A stretch of DNA of 64,000 nucleotides from assembly GCA_965203295.1 (NCBI GenBank), contig CBDBCZ010000017.1, positions 704,001 through 768,000 of the forward strand, written 5' to 3'. The notes under the pieces are model-generated. The model was not told where the DNA came from. It saw only the letters and a program-made list of their open reading frames with translations, and did not search any database. Made by a program: the position numbers and the translations under genes. The stretch comes from Nitrospirales bacterium (GTDB taxonomy: Bacteria > Nitrospirota > Nitrospiria > Nitrospirales > UBA8639). Within the stretch, counting starts at the first letter, position 1. Each line of letters opens with the position of its first letter. Of the stretch, positions 1-24,013 are shown piece by piece.

Positions 1-2
1 TG

Positions 3-2834
3 GGAAGTGCTGGATGTGCTGCAGGGTTTTGGGAGGGAAAGTACCATGGAGTGCAGAAGAGGTTCGGGATCAAGATTACTTTCACGGACTGCAAATTCAT
101 TGGAAACCGCATTGAAATAGAGAACCAACCTCAAATAAATGCCGCTGCAGTAAATTTGGATGCCGTTGCTGTAAACTTCCATGGAGAGACTTACTTTGGT
201 GATAACAGAGTTAGCTGCATCGGTGCCACGAGAAGCGAAGTGCAAGTGTATGATAACTTCCTAGCCGAACGCTCTCTGGTTGTCTTTGGAGGAGTCTTAG
301 ACTTTCGAGACACTTCTTATCTGATTGTCAAAGACGGCGCCACTGTGACATTTGTGAATAATCAAGCACTTTGGAGAGGGGGGGCCGTATCAGAGAACAC
401 ATTCGCTCCGTGGCCCCTTACGGAATTCGGCATCTGCTTCCTCCATTTCGAGAACTTCAGAGCGTGTCCGGTAAGACCATGCTACGATCTCACAGATTAC
501 AACAAGAATGAAGGTCCTCCCTCCCAAGTGCTCTTTATAAACAACACGGCCTCATTATTTGGCAATGAGATCTTTGGTGCGACCTTTCAGTTCTGTCCTT
601 GGCTGAGTCACAACATCAGTCAAGATGGAGTCGCGATTCTATCGTTCTTGGAAAATGACCTGAGTGATGTTATTTACTTTGATGAACAACTCACTGTAGA
701 AAATGACATTGTCAACGGTTACCTGAACGATGTCCTTTTCGATTCCCTTCCAAGCAGGATCATGCCCGGGGAACTCTTTAGAGCTAACATCACCACTCTC
801 GACTTCTTCAATCAATCGGTACCTTCAGTCAACACTCTTCGACGTACAGACAGCGATGGACGACTGGACACATCTGGACGGTTCAGTGCTGATGGAAACC
901 TCGTCACCTTCATAGAAGCAGTCGAAGATCTCCGTTTCATTTTCAAAGGTAAACCTGGAGAAAATGTCACATTCCAGTTTCTGCCAATTTCTATATTTCG
1001 GCCCACAGGACGTTTCAACTTTACATTCTCCGAATGCAATACCGGTTTCATCTACGATGATACCCAAGAGAAGTGTGTGTGTGACCCTATTTTGGAGGGT
1101 CTTCACGAAAGCATCGAATGCCAATCAGACGGGAGCATTACTCACGGGCAGCTCAGATGGGTTGGATTCCAGGACAACAGTACGGACGAGGCAATGGATT
1201 TGGTGTATGTAACGAGTCTCTGTGTGTACGACTTTTGCAGTGAAAGCGACATGCTCATTAAGAACCTATCCGATTCTGCCGAGCAGTGCAATAATAATCG
1301 AACCGGAGTCCTTTGTGGTGGCTGCAAAGAAGGGTATAGCCGAGTATTTGGCTCCTCGGCATGCAGGATCTGTAACAACGTCACACTGCTGTACATCTTG
1401 CTATACATGGCTTCTGGAATTCTAACCGTCCTGGGTATTTTTACTCTTCACATTTCAATCGTTCATGGCTACCTCAACGGTCCGATCCTATACGCCAACA
1501 TTGTGTCCACGTTTGGTACAATCCTCTTTCCTCCCAACCGGCCCCGCTATACGAACGCTGCCTTCATCCTCATCACGTTTCTGAACCTGGATATAGGTTT
1601 CGAAACCTGCTTCTATGATGGAATGACTCAAAAGCACTACACATCTCTGCGGCTGGCCTACCCTTTCTACCTTCTACTCATCATAGGCTGTATTATACTC
1701 TTCGTGAAGCTCTGTCCAAGAAGCAGAATTCTACAGTCCGAATCGTTTCGTCCCGTCAGAGCCATTGCGACAGTCACGTTCCTGTCCTTCAATATCCTCC
1801 TGCAAACAGTCATCGAAATACTTTCAGTGGCAGTCCTAGAATTTCACGGCCACTACCAAAACCACTCAGAGGCCAGGTGGCTCGTAGATCCTACCATTCG
1901 ATATGCACATGGAACACATGGACTTCTTGTGTTCATCGCCTGCTCGCTGTTAATATTTGTCATTGTGCCATTGGTGGTTGTTCTATTGCTGTACAAGCCA
2001 CTCCAAAAACTGAAATACGTTGGAAAATTTCTGCAGAAGCAGTGGCCTTTCTTTGATGCTTTTCAGAACCCTTATGTCAAGACATTACGTTTCTGGATTG
2101 GCATCCAACTCCTGTTACGGGTTGCTTCACTCATGATCTCTGGAATCTCGCAAATTACCAGTAATTCAAACAGTGGAAGCTTCAGAAACATCAACCTCTT
2201 TGTTATGATCATGCTGCTGGTGACATTCTTAGGGATTGAGGCTTTTCTACGGCCCTTTCGTGGTGTCCTTCGAAATGCAATCGATATCTTATTCTTATTC
2301 AACTTGGTCTACCTGCTGTCAACGGCACTGTACTATAACCTCCTACGGCTCTCCGACCAAGCTAATGTTGACATCTCGCACATCATGTCAGTGCACTATG
2401 CAATAATCGAGATTCTACTGGACATCGCCATTTTCTTCATAGCGTTGATTCTGTTTGGGTTTGTGTGTGTGAGATTCGGAGTTGTCAGAAAAATCGACGA
2501 AAAGTTGATCCCTAAACTCAGTCCGAGACTGCAAGCATTTGTGGCAGCGATTCTAGAGGATGCTGGCTACAAGTTGAAAACACCAATCAGCCATCAGCTC
2601 AACACAAGAAGAAAGAGCTCGGAAAAGTCTGGTTCCGTCCCAACTCACAGCGTTGCTGGTTTGGAATGGGAATCGAGTTTGGGATCGAGTCTCGATAAGG
2701 GTGGCCCGGAGCTACAAGAAGCTGGGCAAGATGATGCAGATGATGGAGAAGACATTGAGTTTGAAGCTCACTACTCCCGCTACAGGGACTCCATCTTGGA
2801 GCACTCTGACATTAATGCTAGCACTGCGCTTTGA
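3..2834 (+). CDS. 5'-truncated single-exon multi-pass membrane protein: beta-helix/polymorphic-repeat-like ectodomain, Cys-rich stalk and about 8-9 TM segments
   Basis: The frame is open from position 3 (the ORF track starts at a GTG at 51) to TGA at 2832-2834. It has 'F.NN.A...GGA' type motifs (FVNNQALWRGGAV, FINNTASLFGNEIFG), the Cys-rich segment CNTGF...CVCD...QCNNNRTGVLCGGCKEGYSRVFGSSACRIC, several hydrophobic stretches, and an acidic tail ending YSRYRDSILE. From recall, this architecture is typical of an expanded sponge/cnidarian uncharacterised family. Confidence 0.8.
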   Translation, partial: GSAGCAAGFWEGKYHGVQKRFGIKITFTDCKFIGNRIEIENQPQINAAAVNLDAVAVNFHGETYFGDNRVSCIGATRSEVQVYDNFLAERSLVVFGGVLDFRDTSYLIVKDGATVTFVNNQALWRGGAVSENTFAPWPLTEFGICFLHFENFRACPVRPCYDLTDYNKNEGPPSQVLFINNTASLFGNEIFGATFQFCPWLSHNISQDGVAILSFLENDLSDVIYFDEQLTVENDIVNGYLNDVLFDSLPSRIMPGELFRANITTLDFFNQSVPSVNTLRRTDSDGRLDTSGRFSADGNLVTFIEAVEDLRFIFKGKPGENVTFQFLPISIFRPTGRFNFTFSECNTGFIYDDTQEKCVCDPILEGLHESIECQSDGSITHGQLRWVGFQDNSTDEAMDLVYVTSLCVYDFCSESDMLIKNLSDSAEQCNNNRTGVLCGGCKEGYSRVFGSSACRICNNVTLLYILLYMASGILTVLGIFTLHISIVHGYLNGPILYANIVSTFGTILFPPNRPRYTNAAFILITFLNLDIGFETCFYDGMTQKHYTSLRLAYPFYLLLIIGCIILFVKLCPRSRILQSESFRPVRAIATVTFLSFNILLQTVIEILSVAVLEFHGHYQNHSEARWLVDPTIRYAHGTHGLLVFIACSLLIFVIVPLVVVLLLYKPLQKLKYVGKFLQKQWPFFDAFQNPYVKTLRFWIGIQLLLRVASLMISGISQITSNSNSGSFRNINLFVMIMLLVTFLGIEAFLRPFRGVLRNAIDILFLFNLVYLLSTALYYNLLRLSDQANVDISHIMSVHYAIIEILLDIAIFFIALILFGFVCVRFGVVRKIDEKLIPKLSPRLQAFVAAILEDAGYKLKTPISHQLNTRRKSSEKSGSVPTHSVAGLEWESSLGSSLDKGGPELQEAGQDDADDGEDIEFEAHYSRYRDSILEHSDINASTAL

Positions 2835-3579
2835 CTGTATCTTTTAGGCATGCGTGTGGGTTGACTGTTTTGCTAGTCATATTATTATGCCAGTGTGTAT
2901 TTGTTTTGGTCGTGACTTGAAATTTGTACTACCACCTTACATTACTCAAGTCTGCTGTATTATTATTATACTCATGTGTCTTAATTCAAATATTAAGCTG
3001 CCATGTCTACGATACTGTTTCAGTGACATCGTATTTTCATCCCGAAAACAATATTGAGCAGGAAGCTGATATTGCTGCAGTATAATCATTAAACTTCATA
3101 TGGGTTGGGGGTGGGGGGGGGGGCTTGGGTGACTGTTTACGTATTCACTGTGGCAACAAGAGGAAATTTAACATCCCTGTAAACGTTGTATTATTATGCT
3201 AAATGCATAGAGATGAGAGCTAAATATAATTGTACAGGCTTTTATAAACTTGTTGCTTGGCAACGACCAATGAATGAAAGTATGTATAGTACAAGCAGGT
3301 ACGATATACATCAGACAGCACGTACGTACGTATTTGCACTCATTACATTATGTAACGTTATGTAACGACGGTTCATAAAACCGCAAAAACGCACGCCGGA
3401 AGCGAAAGATGATAAACACTGAATTGAACGTTTTGCATCCAATCATTCCAATGCCGATGTAATGATATGTAACACGTACGTACGTGACCTGTATACAGTA
3501 GCAACGGTTCCATAATATAGCACAGCGTATGATGTGGGACACAGTGAGTCTTATAGATGTCCCTGCTACCAACATCAGT

Positions 3580-16187
<12,608 letters not shown>

Positions 16188-17151
16188 TGATGCGTACGAT
16201 CTCGCATGCGAATTGGTTGAAGTCTTCTACATTGTACGAGTTTGTGGACAAAAGAGAAGAGTTTCTGTGTGTGTTTAGTTGGTTGTGTGGCTGTTGCATG
16301 CCGTGTTCCTCTGTGTTTGGTGAAACTACATGTAAGGTTCTAGCGCCTTTCTTCATCGTCTCATCTTTTTGGTTCTTTCAGTACCATGTACTACAGTACC
16401 GCTCTCAAAGTTACTATTTATTATTTATTTTATACTAATATGTTTTTCACATTTTCACAAAGTTTATTTAATTTTTTTTTTACTCAGTTTTATGAGTGGA
16501 GCTTCCAAAGCTATATTATTCAATTTCAACTGCAGATACATGTAGTGTGTCCTTTGAATAATTATGTGCAGAGCAAAATTTGTACAGGATCGTAATAGTG
16601 TGTGTGTGATTGCAGGCCTGCTGAGGATATATATACTGCAATCCCCACTACAGTATAATATCCTTGAACCCGAACTGTCTAGCTGTTGTGCAGCTAGCTA
16701 TAAATTGTCTCATGGGCGGTACTTTCGCTTTGCTATGTTTGAAAGAGAACAGATGGCATGACATACATGTACACTGTATTAGAATCTGATACTATCATCC
16801 ATGGTGATAGCGTATAATCTAAACAGTTACTATTATACCCCATTTCACCATATCATGCGGGCCTCCTATAGATCTAGAGTACTGGTGCCATATATTAATT
16901 TAGCTAGATGGCTACTTGCAACAGACAAAGCATGCATGCACAAAAATTATTACTTTACGTGCACACCTGTACATAGTGTATAATGCACCATGGGATATAG
17001 ATCTGTTGCTGCATACCACAATAGTTACTAAGCCTGTCAGACCTTCAGCTCCACCAACTCAGACCTTCAGCTCCACCAACTCAAATGGACAGGCAACCAT
17101 ACAGGTAGACCAACACTAAGCCCATCTCCCTCTGCATGGGCTATTATACAT

Positions 17152-17325
17152 CACAGGAAAAAAAAGGTGGAATTTCCTGAGATGCGTAACAAGGAAATTT
17201 GATAGGAAATAACAGGGTAGTATAAATTCTGCCCTATCCTATACTACCCTGTACCTGAAATATCAGATTTCCTGTCAAATTTCCTTGTAACGCATTTCAG
17301 GAAATTCCACTTTTTTTTTCCTGTG
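17152..17325. mobile_element. CAC...GTG-ended MITE with long TIRs and an apparent 3-bp TSD (cat), CMC/CACTA-like
   Basis: cat|cacaggaaaaaaaaggtggaatttcctgagatgcgtaacaaggaaatttga ... tcaaatttccttgtaacgcatttcaggaaattccactttttttttcctgtg|cat. Confidence 0.7.
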
Positions 17326-18552
17326 CATTGTAGCTAGCTACATGTACTTGCATAGTATCTAGGGACCGGTTACACCTCACAATCAAAAACTTTATACATG
17401 TACATGTTTCTTCCTGCGCTGCCATGGGCCAGAAACAGATACTGCCCGTTTTTGGGTGAGAAGGGGTGGGCTTATATAGGATCTCCCACATGCAGGCTCC
17501 GTGAGCAAGAGAATGAAGACCCCCACCCACTTTATTGCTACATGCCCAGCATGCACTGAGGAAAAAATGAAGAAATGCTCCTCACCCCGACGCTACGTAT
17601 TGAAAAATTTAGCTAACTCGACTCTGGATAGATGATATAGAGTATTAGCCTCATTCTCAGGCATTCGCACAGCTTTTGTTGATTGCAAGAACGAGAAGCT
17701 ATAGAGTTGCAAGAATTTGCAACTTCGATCATCACGGAACTATGCTCTACACTGTTGAACCATAGATAGTAGAGTCCACGTGGACTCTACTATCTATATG
17801 GTTGAATAGTCCTCAAATTCATTGGAGACGACAAAGAAAGACAGTAGAGGACAGGACCTTCTACTCTACTATCTATCGTAGATGATGTACTATAATATGG
17901 TCACGGGTATTTCAAGCCAAATTTGTAGGGTGACATCACTCACGCGGGTGTATATAATCGTACCGGTGTCCCGGTATGAGACATCAGTCAGCTGCACTGT
18001 CAGCTTTATATGCATGTTGTCGAGTGGCGCCAGTGGTCTGCAGCACACATGTTTTGTTGGGGAGCTAGAGAGAGAAACAGCTGTACTGCTGTTGTACCCG
18101 ACGGCTAGTAGAGCCTTAGGCTGATCTGATGGTGTGATACCATAAATATCGCTGCCGCGAAGTTGCGACTCTGCCGATCGTGAACTGAGTGTTCCGAGAC
18201 AAGAGGAGGTACGGCTGTGACAAACCATTTGTAGACACGGGCCAACCCTAGCCATAGAAGATCCGTGTTTTTTTTTAATACCTACATTATACATATTAAT
18301 TCTATAGCTATACCTCACTATGTATAGCTAATTGACCGCTTTTCGTCCATTTTTTTTGCAGAAACTAGCTTCTCATTCCCAGTCTCCACTGCCAGCTTTT
18401 TTTTTGTATGTTGAAAAAATTGAAGTTTATGCTTCCAAACCAGCTATATATAATTTAATACTGTCCTACATTCACAGTTTATTATTCTTGCCTCAAACAG
18501 GTAACATGTTGATCATGTGTAAGTCTTATATCTCTGCTTTTTCCTTGCAGAA

Positions 18553-19694
18553 ATGGCTGCATCGTTCTTGGAGTACGTCCCATCTGACATGGCTGACATA
18601 GGCAGCGAACTGGAAATCTCGGTCGACGTCTACCCGCCCCAGCCAGACTCCGGATCCGCCGGCCGTGCATACTGGGGCCATGAGGGCATCCCGGAATGGC
18701 TGCCTGACGGCTGTGATGCTGCAGTGTATGCGATGGGAGACGGCCAGGCCATTTGCGATGAGCTCACATGCTCTGATTTCGACCTTGGGAACACCGACAG
18801 CGAGTCTGAAAGCGACGATATGCTGTCTGTAGATGACGGAGATCAAGTGGCCCCAGGTGCCAGAGTGACACTCGGGTGCGGAGACACGAGTCTGATGACA
18901 GCTCCGCCCACTGCCTGCCTGCTAAGCGGTCCCCGTTGTGGCACAAGCCTAAGCCCTGGTTCCAGGGAAGACAAGAATGAAAGGGAGCGTGTCCGGATCA
19001 TCAAGAAACGGGAAAAGCTCAAAGAGGCCAAGTCCTTGGCGATCCGCTCCAGTCTGATCGACGACGAGAGCAAGAAGCACCGTTGGACTGAGGAGTACAC
19101 TCTCAAACAGCTGCGGAGAATGATCGCAATCCTTGAAGGAAAATTCAAGAAGTACAACCGAGTTCCCCACACGCCCCGCCCGCTCGCCCGAAAGGCCGCT
19201 CCCCGGGGATCCAGGAGGCCTCCGAACTCCTTCCTCCGTTTCAGCCAGGCCCTGAGGCCGTCCTTCCTGGCCATACTGAAGACGTACCTCCACCCTGGGA
19301 AGAGTAAGGGAGAACTACAGCACATCCCAGTGAGTAGCAGACTATTGTTACAGGGTAACAAAAGCTGTGACTTGTGGTGCAGATAAACTATCCTTGTTCC
19401 CAGGCCTGCGACTTTTTCAGAGTGGATATACTTTCCGTAGCATAGTTTATTCTCTCAAATAGCTGTAGCCTAAGGGCATAGTCTATTCTCTCTTCACACA
19501 TACAGGTGGACAATAGGGAGGTGACGAAGCTCCTGAGTGCAGTATGGCGCAGCCTTGGTCCGGAGGAGAAGCGCCGAGACTGGGGTGCCTTTGGTCCTTA
19601 CGAAAAGGGGCAGTTTGTGAGGCTGGCAGAGGACATTCTGCGGCAGAAGGTGGCAAGCAGTCTTGTGGTGCCCATGGCGAGAGCTCACCTGTAG
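18553..19694 (+). CDS. Divergent HMG-box protein, copy 1 (321 aa, 2 coding exons)
   Basis: Exons 18553-19329 and 19506-19694 (GT-AG, phase 0). The spliced C-terminus RRPPNSFLRFSQALRPSFLAILKTYLHPGKSKGELQHIPVDNREVTKLLSAVWRSLGPEEKRRDW matches the HMG-box pattern KRPxNxFxxF...N.EI(S/T)K.L...W..L..EEK. The N-terminus is acidic. A probable non-coding exon ends at the donor near 18208. Confidence 0.75.
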
Positions 19695-20743
19695 CTGGGC
19701 TGCCTTGAGCAGTACCTTGAACATAAACACAGCTGACTGTATTATGTATGCATACAATGTATTGTGTATGCCATTTCTTGGTTGTTGTTGTGTGTGACGA
19801 GAACCTGTCAATGTATATAGCATTTTTATCAATCCATCGCACTGTTTAGACTGTATCATGTAATATGAATAAACCAGAGTGGTTAACAAACCACATGTAT
19901 ATACAACCCACAAATGTAGACTTTACCCCTCCCGGCCCATACTTGAGAATACTCTTAAAATGTGTTTCTTTCGATTTTTGGTCATACGCTCGTAAGGTAT
20001 ACGTATTTTTTAATTAACTCATGGCAAGACTATTAAAGCTAGGGCATACTTCTCTAAGTTTGCGAGACTAGTAAAATCCGGGCGAGTAAGGCCTGGGGGT
20101 CGAGGCTAGACAGGATTTTCTATACTCTATACATTATCGATATCTATTATATTATATATAATTATGGTAGCGGGTATTTAAAGCCAAATTTGTAGGGTGA
20201 CATCAACGGAATAATTGTACTCACGTTCAAATTCAAGGCAGCTGCAGGCCAATCTTAATCTTGTACAAGTACATGTATACGCGGTTACGTACTGTCTGCT
20301 TTATCTGTTGTCGAGTGGCGCCAGTGGTCTGCAGCACATGTTGAAGAGCGAAAGACACTCTACTGTACTGCTGCCGCGATTGAGGTTGCGACCCTGCTAA
20401 TCGTGAACTGAGTGTCCCGTGACAAAAGGAGGTACGGCAGAATGACAGACCGTTTTTTGTCGACCCGGGCTAATTAGCCCTATGTCCGCAAGGTTATAAT
20501 TTTCACGGTTCTTCATAGAAAACTGTCTGTGGTGTTTCTAATGCCTATACACAATCCTATAGCTATAGCTGGCTATATATATCTAGCTATAAGCCTAATT
20601 TACTGCACTTCTTTTTTTTTACAGAAACTAGTTATTAATTCTTGCTGCAAAATTTTGCTGCAGGCAGCATGTTGAGCATTGTTTTTTATCTGCTTTTTCA
20701 TACAGAAGTGGTTGCATCGTTCTTGGAGTACGTCCCATCTGAC

Positions 20744-23646
20744 ATGGATGATCATGACATAGGCAGAAAACTGGAAATCTCACCTGAGGGCATCCCGGAA
20801 TGTCTGCTTGCCAACTGTGATGTTGCCGTATATGTGATGGGAGAGAGCCAGGCCATTTGCGATGAGCCAGCATGCTCTGATTTCGACCTCAGGAACACCG
20901 ACAGCGAGTCCGAAAGCGACGATATGCTATCTGTAGATGACGGAGATCAAGTGGCCCCAGGTGCCAGAGTGACACCCGGGTGCGGAGACACAAGTCTGAT
21001 GACAGCCCCGCCCACTGCCTGCGGCCCCCGACGTGGCACAAGCCTAAGGAACAGAAAGGAGCGCGTCAGGGTCAGCAAGATCAATGAGAAGCTCGAAGAG
21101 GCCAAGGAATTGATCACGCGGTCCACTCTGATCGACGACGACAGCAAGAAGCATCGTTGGACAAAGCTGTACACCCTCAAACAGCTGCTTAGACTGCTGA
21201 CGATCCTTGAAGGAAAATTCAAGAAGTACAACCGAGTTCCCCACACGCCCCGCCCATTCGCCAGAAAGGCTGCTCCCCGGGGATCCCCGAAGCCTCCAAA
21301 CCCCTTCATCCGTTTCAGCAATGCCATGGGGCCGTCCTTCCTGGCTGTACTGAAGACGTACCTCCACCCTGGGAGGAGTAAGGGAGAACTACAGCATATC
21401 CCAGTGAGTATATAGCAGATGTTTGTTACATGCAGGGTAACAGCTACTTTAACTTGCACTAGCCTCGTTCCCAGGCCTGTGACTTTTTTAGTTACACGAA
21501 GGAAAGTCACAAGGCCTGATATAATATCTAAAGCCATGTGGTCAACTTATGTCACTATCTGCTTCAAAAAATGATTGTGTTTCTCTACATTGTACAAGAG
21601 AGTTTCTTTCAGCGCTAAGTCTATGGTGCAAACGGGCTGTGAAGAATAACTACAAGAAGTGTAGCTTCGCTACCTTCACTCGTCTGAGAATTGCAAGTAC
21701 CCGTCCATGCTCATAATTACCTCTCTACTACGATATCTCTCTATATTTTGGGCTGCGCATGCACGTGACTTGAGATCCCAGGTCCTGTGATAGCTTTTGT
21801 GTAACCAAATATAAGTCGCATGCCTGGCAACGAGGCTACAGATGAGCTACTGATATCCGATTATTTTCTAAGCTGTCAATCATTATACAGATAGTTTTTG
21901 GAATGAAGTAATAATAAACTGGTACCAATCACCAGTCCTGTATACCTATTGCAGTCTTCTGAAAGTAAGCCATCCCATGGGCCAATACACTTGTTTAACT
22001 CCTCACTCACAGAAGGATTGACCCTCCACTCGGAATTAGGTCCACCCACAGCATATTCAAATGCAGTATAGTGCACATGCATGAATGTTCTAGCACTACA
22101 GGCGTGAGAGTAGCTACTGACTATTAAAGCACTGCTAGCTTTGTTCCCTGGCAACTGAAAGGTGCACTGCAAAAATAAAGTGGTTTGTTTAAACCCACAT
22201 AAGGTTACCTCAGTTGCAGCCCCAGTGCCAGAGAATGTGCAGTTACGTGCAGTGCAATAAGATCACTTTACTCAGGAAGCCAAGCTAAATCTTTTTTTCT
22301 TTGGTGAGACTAGGAACAGGATATGTGTTACTAATTGTTCTAATGGATCTTTCCTTTCTTCTGAAATTGGAGAAATAGGGTGCATGGTAAAGTGCTCTAC
22401 TTGTTTACGTACACATTGTTTTGTAGACTGCAACTGAGATAACCCCAGCTGGTTTGAAACCATCCTTTGATTTTTGCAGTGTGTAGGCTTGCATGGGAAT
22501 TAGCTAGCCTTGTTCCCGGGCCTGCGACTTTAGGGTTAGGATTATAGGGGGTTTAACGAAAGTCGTCACAGGACCTGGTATATATAAAGTAAATTACAAA
22601 AGATAGAGAGATAGTATAATTGAACTTGTGAGGGTGGGTGAGTATATACTCTTGTGATTATCAGAGGAATCAAGTGATGCACAGAGGTGGGACTAACAAA
22701 TGAAGGGACAATAGTGCTTAATTAGCTATAATTACATAATCAGTTGTGGTAGTGAGCAGTAATTTGATAGTGCACTAAAGACAGACAGTCTGCATGCTCA
22801 GCTAGTGATTATCCCCTATATGTATTTGCAGCTATAATTCTAACCTCATACCCAGGCCTCCAACCTGCCCAGGCTTGATCTCGCAACCGTAGAGGTAGGA
22901 AAGTAGGAATCTGCGTATAGCGGTCATGTTTTCCAGTCCCAACAGGGCCTAGATTCCAGAAAGGTAGCCATGTCATGTGGAAAAGCCCGAGTGCATGTTG
23001 CCACGCCTATCAGAACTTAACCCCTGATATACATACATGCACCTCCAGACACGAATGGGTGATCCCAATGACGTCTGCATTCTAAGAGTTCTACTCACGT
23101 TACATCACTTTTGGAGTGATATATCATTTTTTAAGCACGATAAACTCTGGTAAACTGACTAGTGGATTTTCTATTGTACTGTTATGCTGCACATGCATTA
23201 ATCGTAGTGTGGGAGATGCGACTGGATTATAGACTTTCATAGACAACTCAACAGCCATTAATACAACAGCAAGTCCCACTAATGAGTACGTGATATATAG
23301 ATTACATAACCATGACAGCATAATAATGTAATGTAACATTGCCCTATACGTAACACTATACATGTACAGACTTTATCTGTGTGTATAAGTACTTTTTTGA
23401 GTGTAGTATATCTCATTATATATTCCCTTACAGCTAGCTATAGCCCGAGGGCATATTTATTGTCTCTTTGTACAGGTGGGCCGTAGGAAGCTGATCAGCT
23501 TCCTGAGTGCAGTATGGCACAGCCTTGGCCCGGAGGAGAAGCGCCGAGACTGGGGTGCCTTGGGTCCTTACGAAAAAGGGCAGTTTGTGAGGCTGGCAGA
23601 GGACATTCTGCAGCGGTCGGTGGCAAACAGCCCAGCTCTCCTGTAG
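20744..23646 (+). CDS. Divergent HMG-box protein, copy 2 (tandem paralogue, ~276 aa)
   Basis: Exons 20744-21403 and 23476-23646, frame intact: PKPPNPFIRFSNAMG...IP|VGRRKLISFLSAVWHSLGPEEKRRDW. The ATG of copy 1 is GTG here (20708) and the next ATG is at 20744. Upstream regions are also homologous (~17890-18230 vs ~20155-20450). Confidence 0.7.
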
Positions 23647-24013
23647 CTGCATGAGCTGCTAGGCTGCCTTGAACAGTCCCTTGAACATAACGTAACGCAG
23701 CTAGCGCTGACAGTATATTAATTGTGTATGCCATTTCTTGATTGTGGAGTGTATGGCGATTATAGTCATTACACCGTATGGACTGTACCAATACTATGCG
23801 TGTATAACTGTTGCAATGGATAACCTCAGTCAGCATGCAGGGCTATATAGTCCTGTGCCCGTATAGACTCCCTGCCAAGAGAAGTCAGTGCATGTGCACA
23901 AGACTATAGTAGTGCAATAGCCGGCTGTGAATTGAGAATTTGAGAATCTGGCCTAAAATCTTATTAATAAGATACAATAATAATTATTTTATGGTCTACA
24001 TAAAAAAATTATA

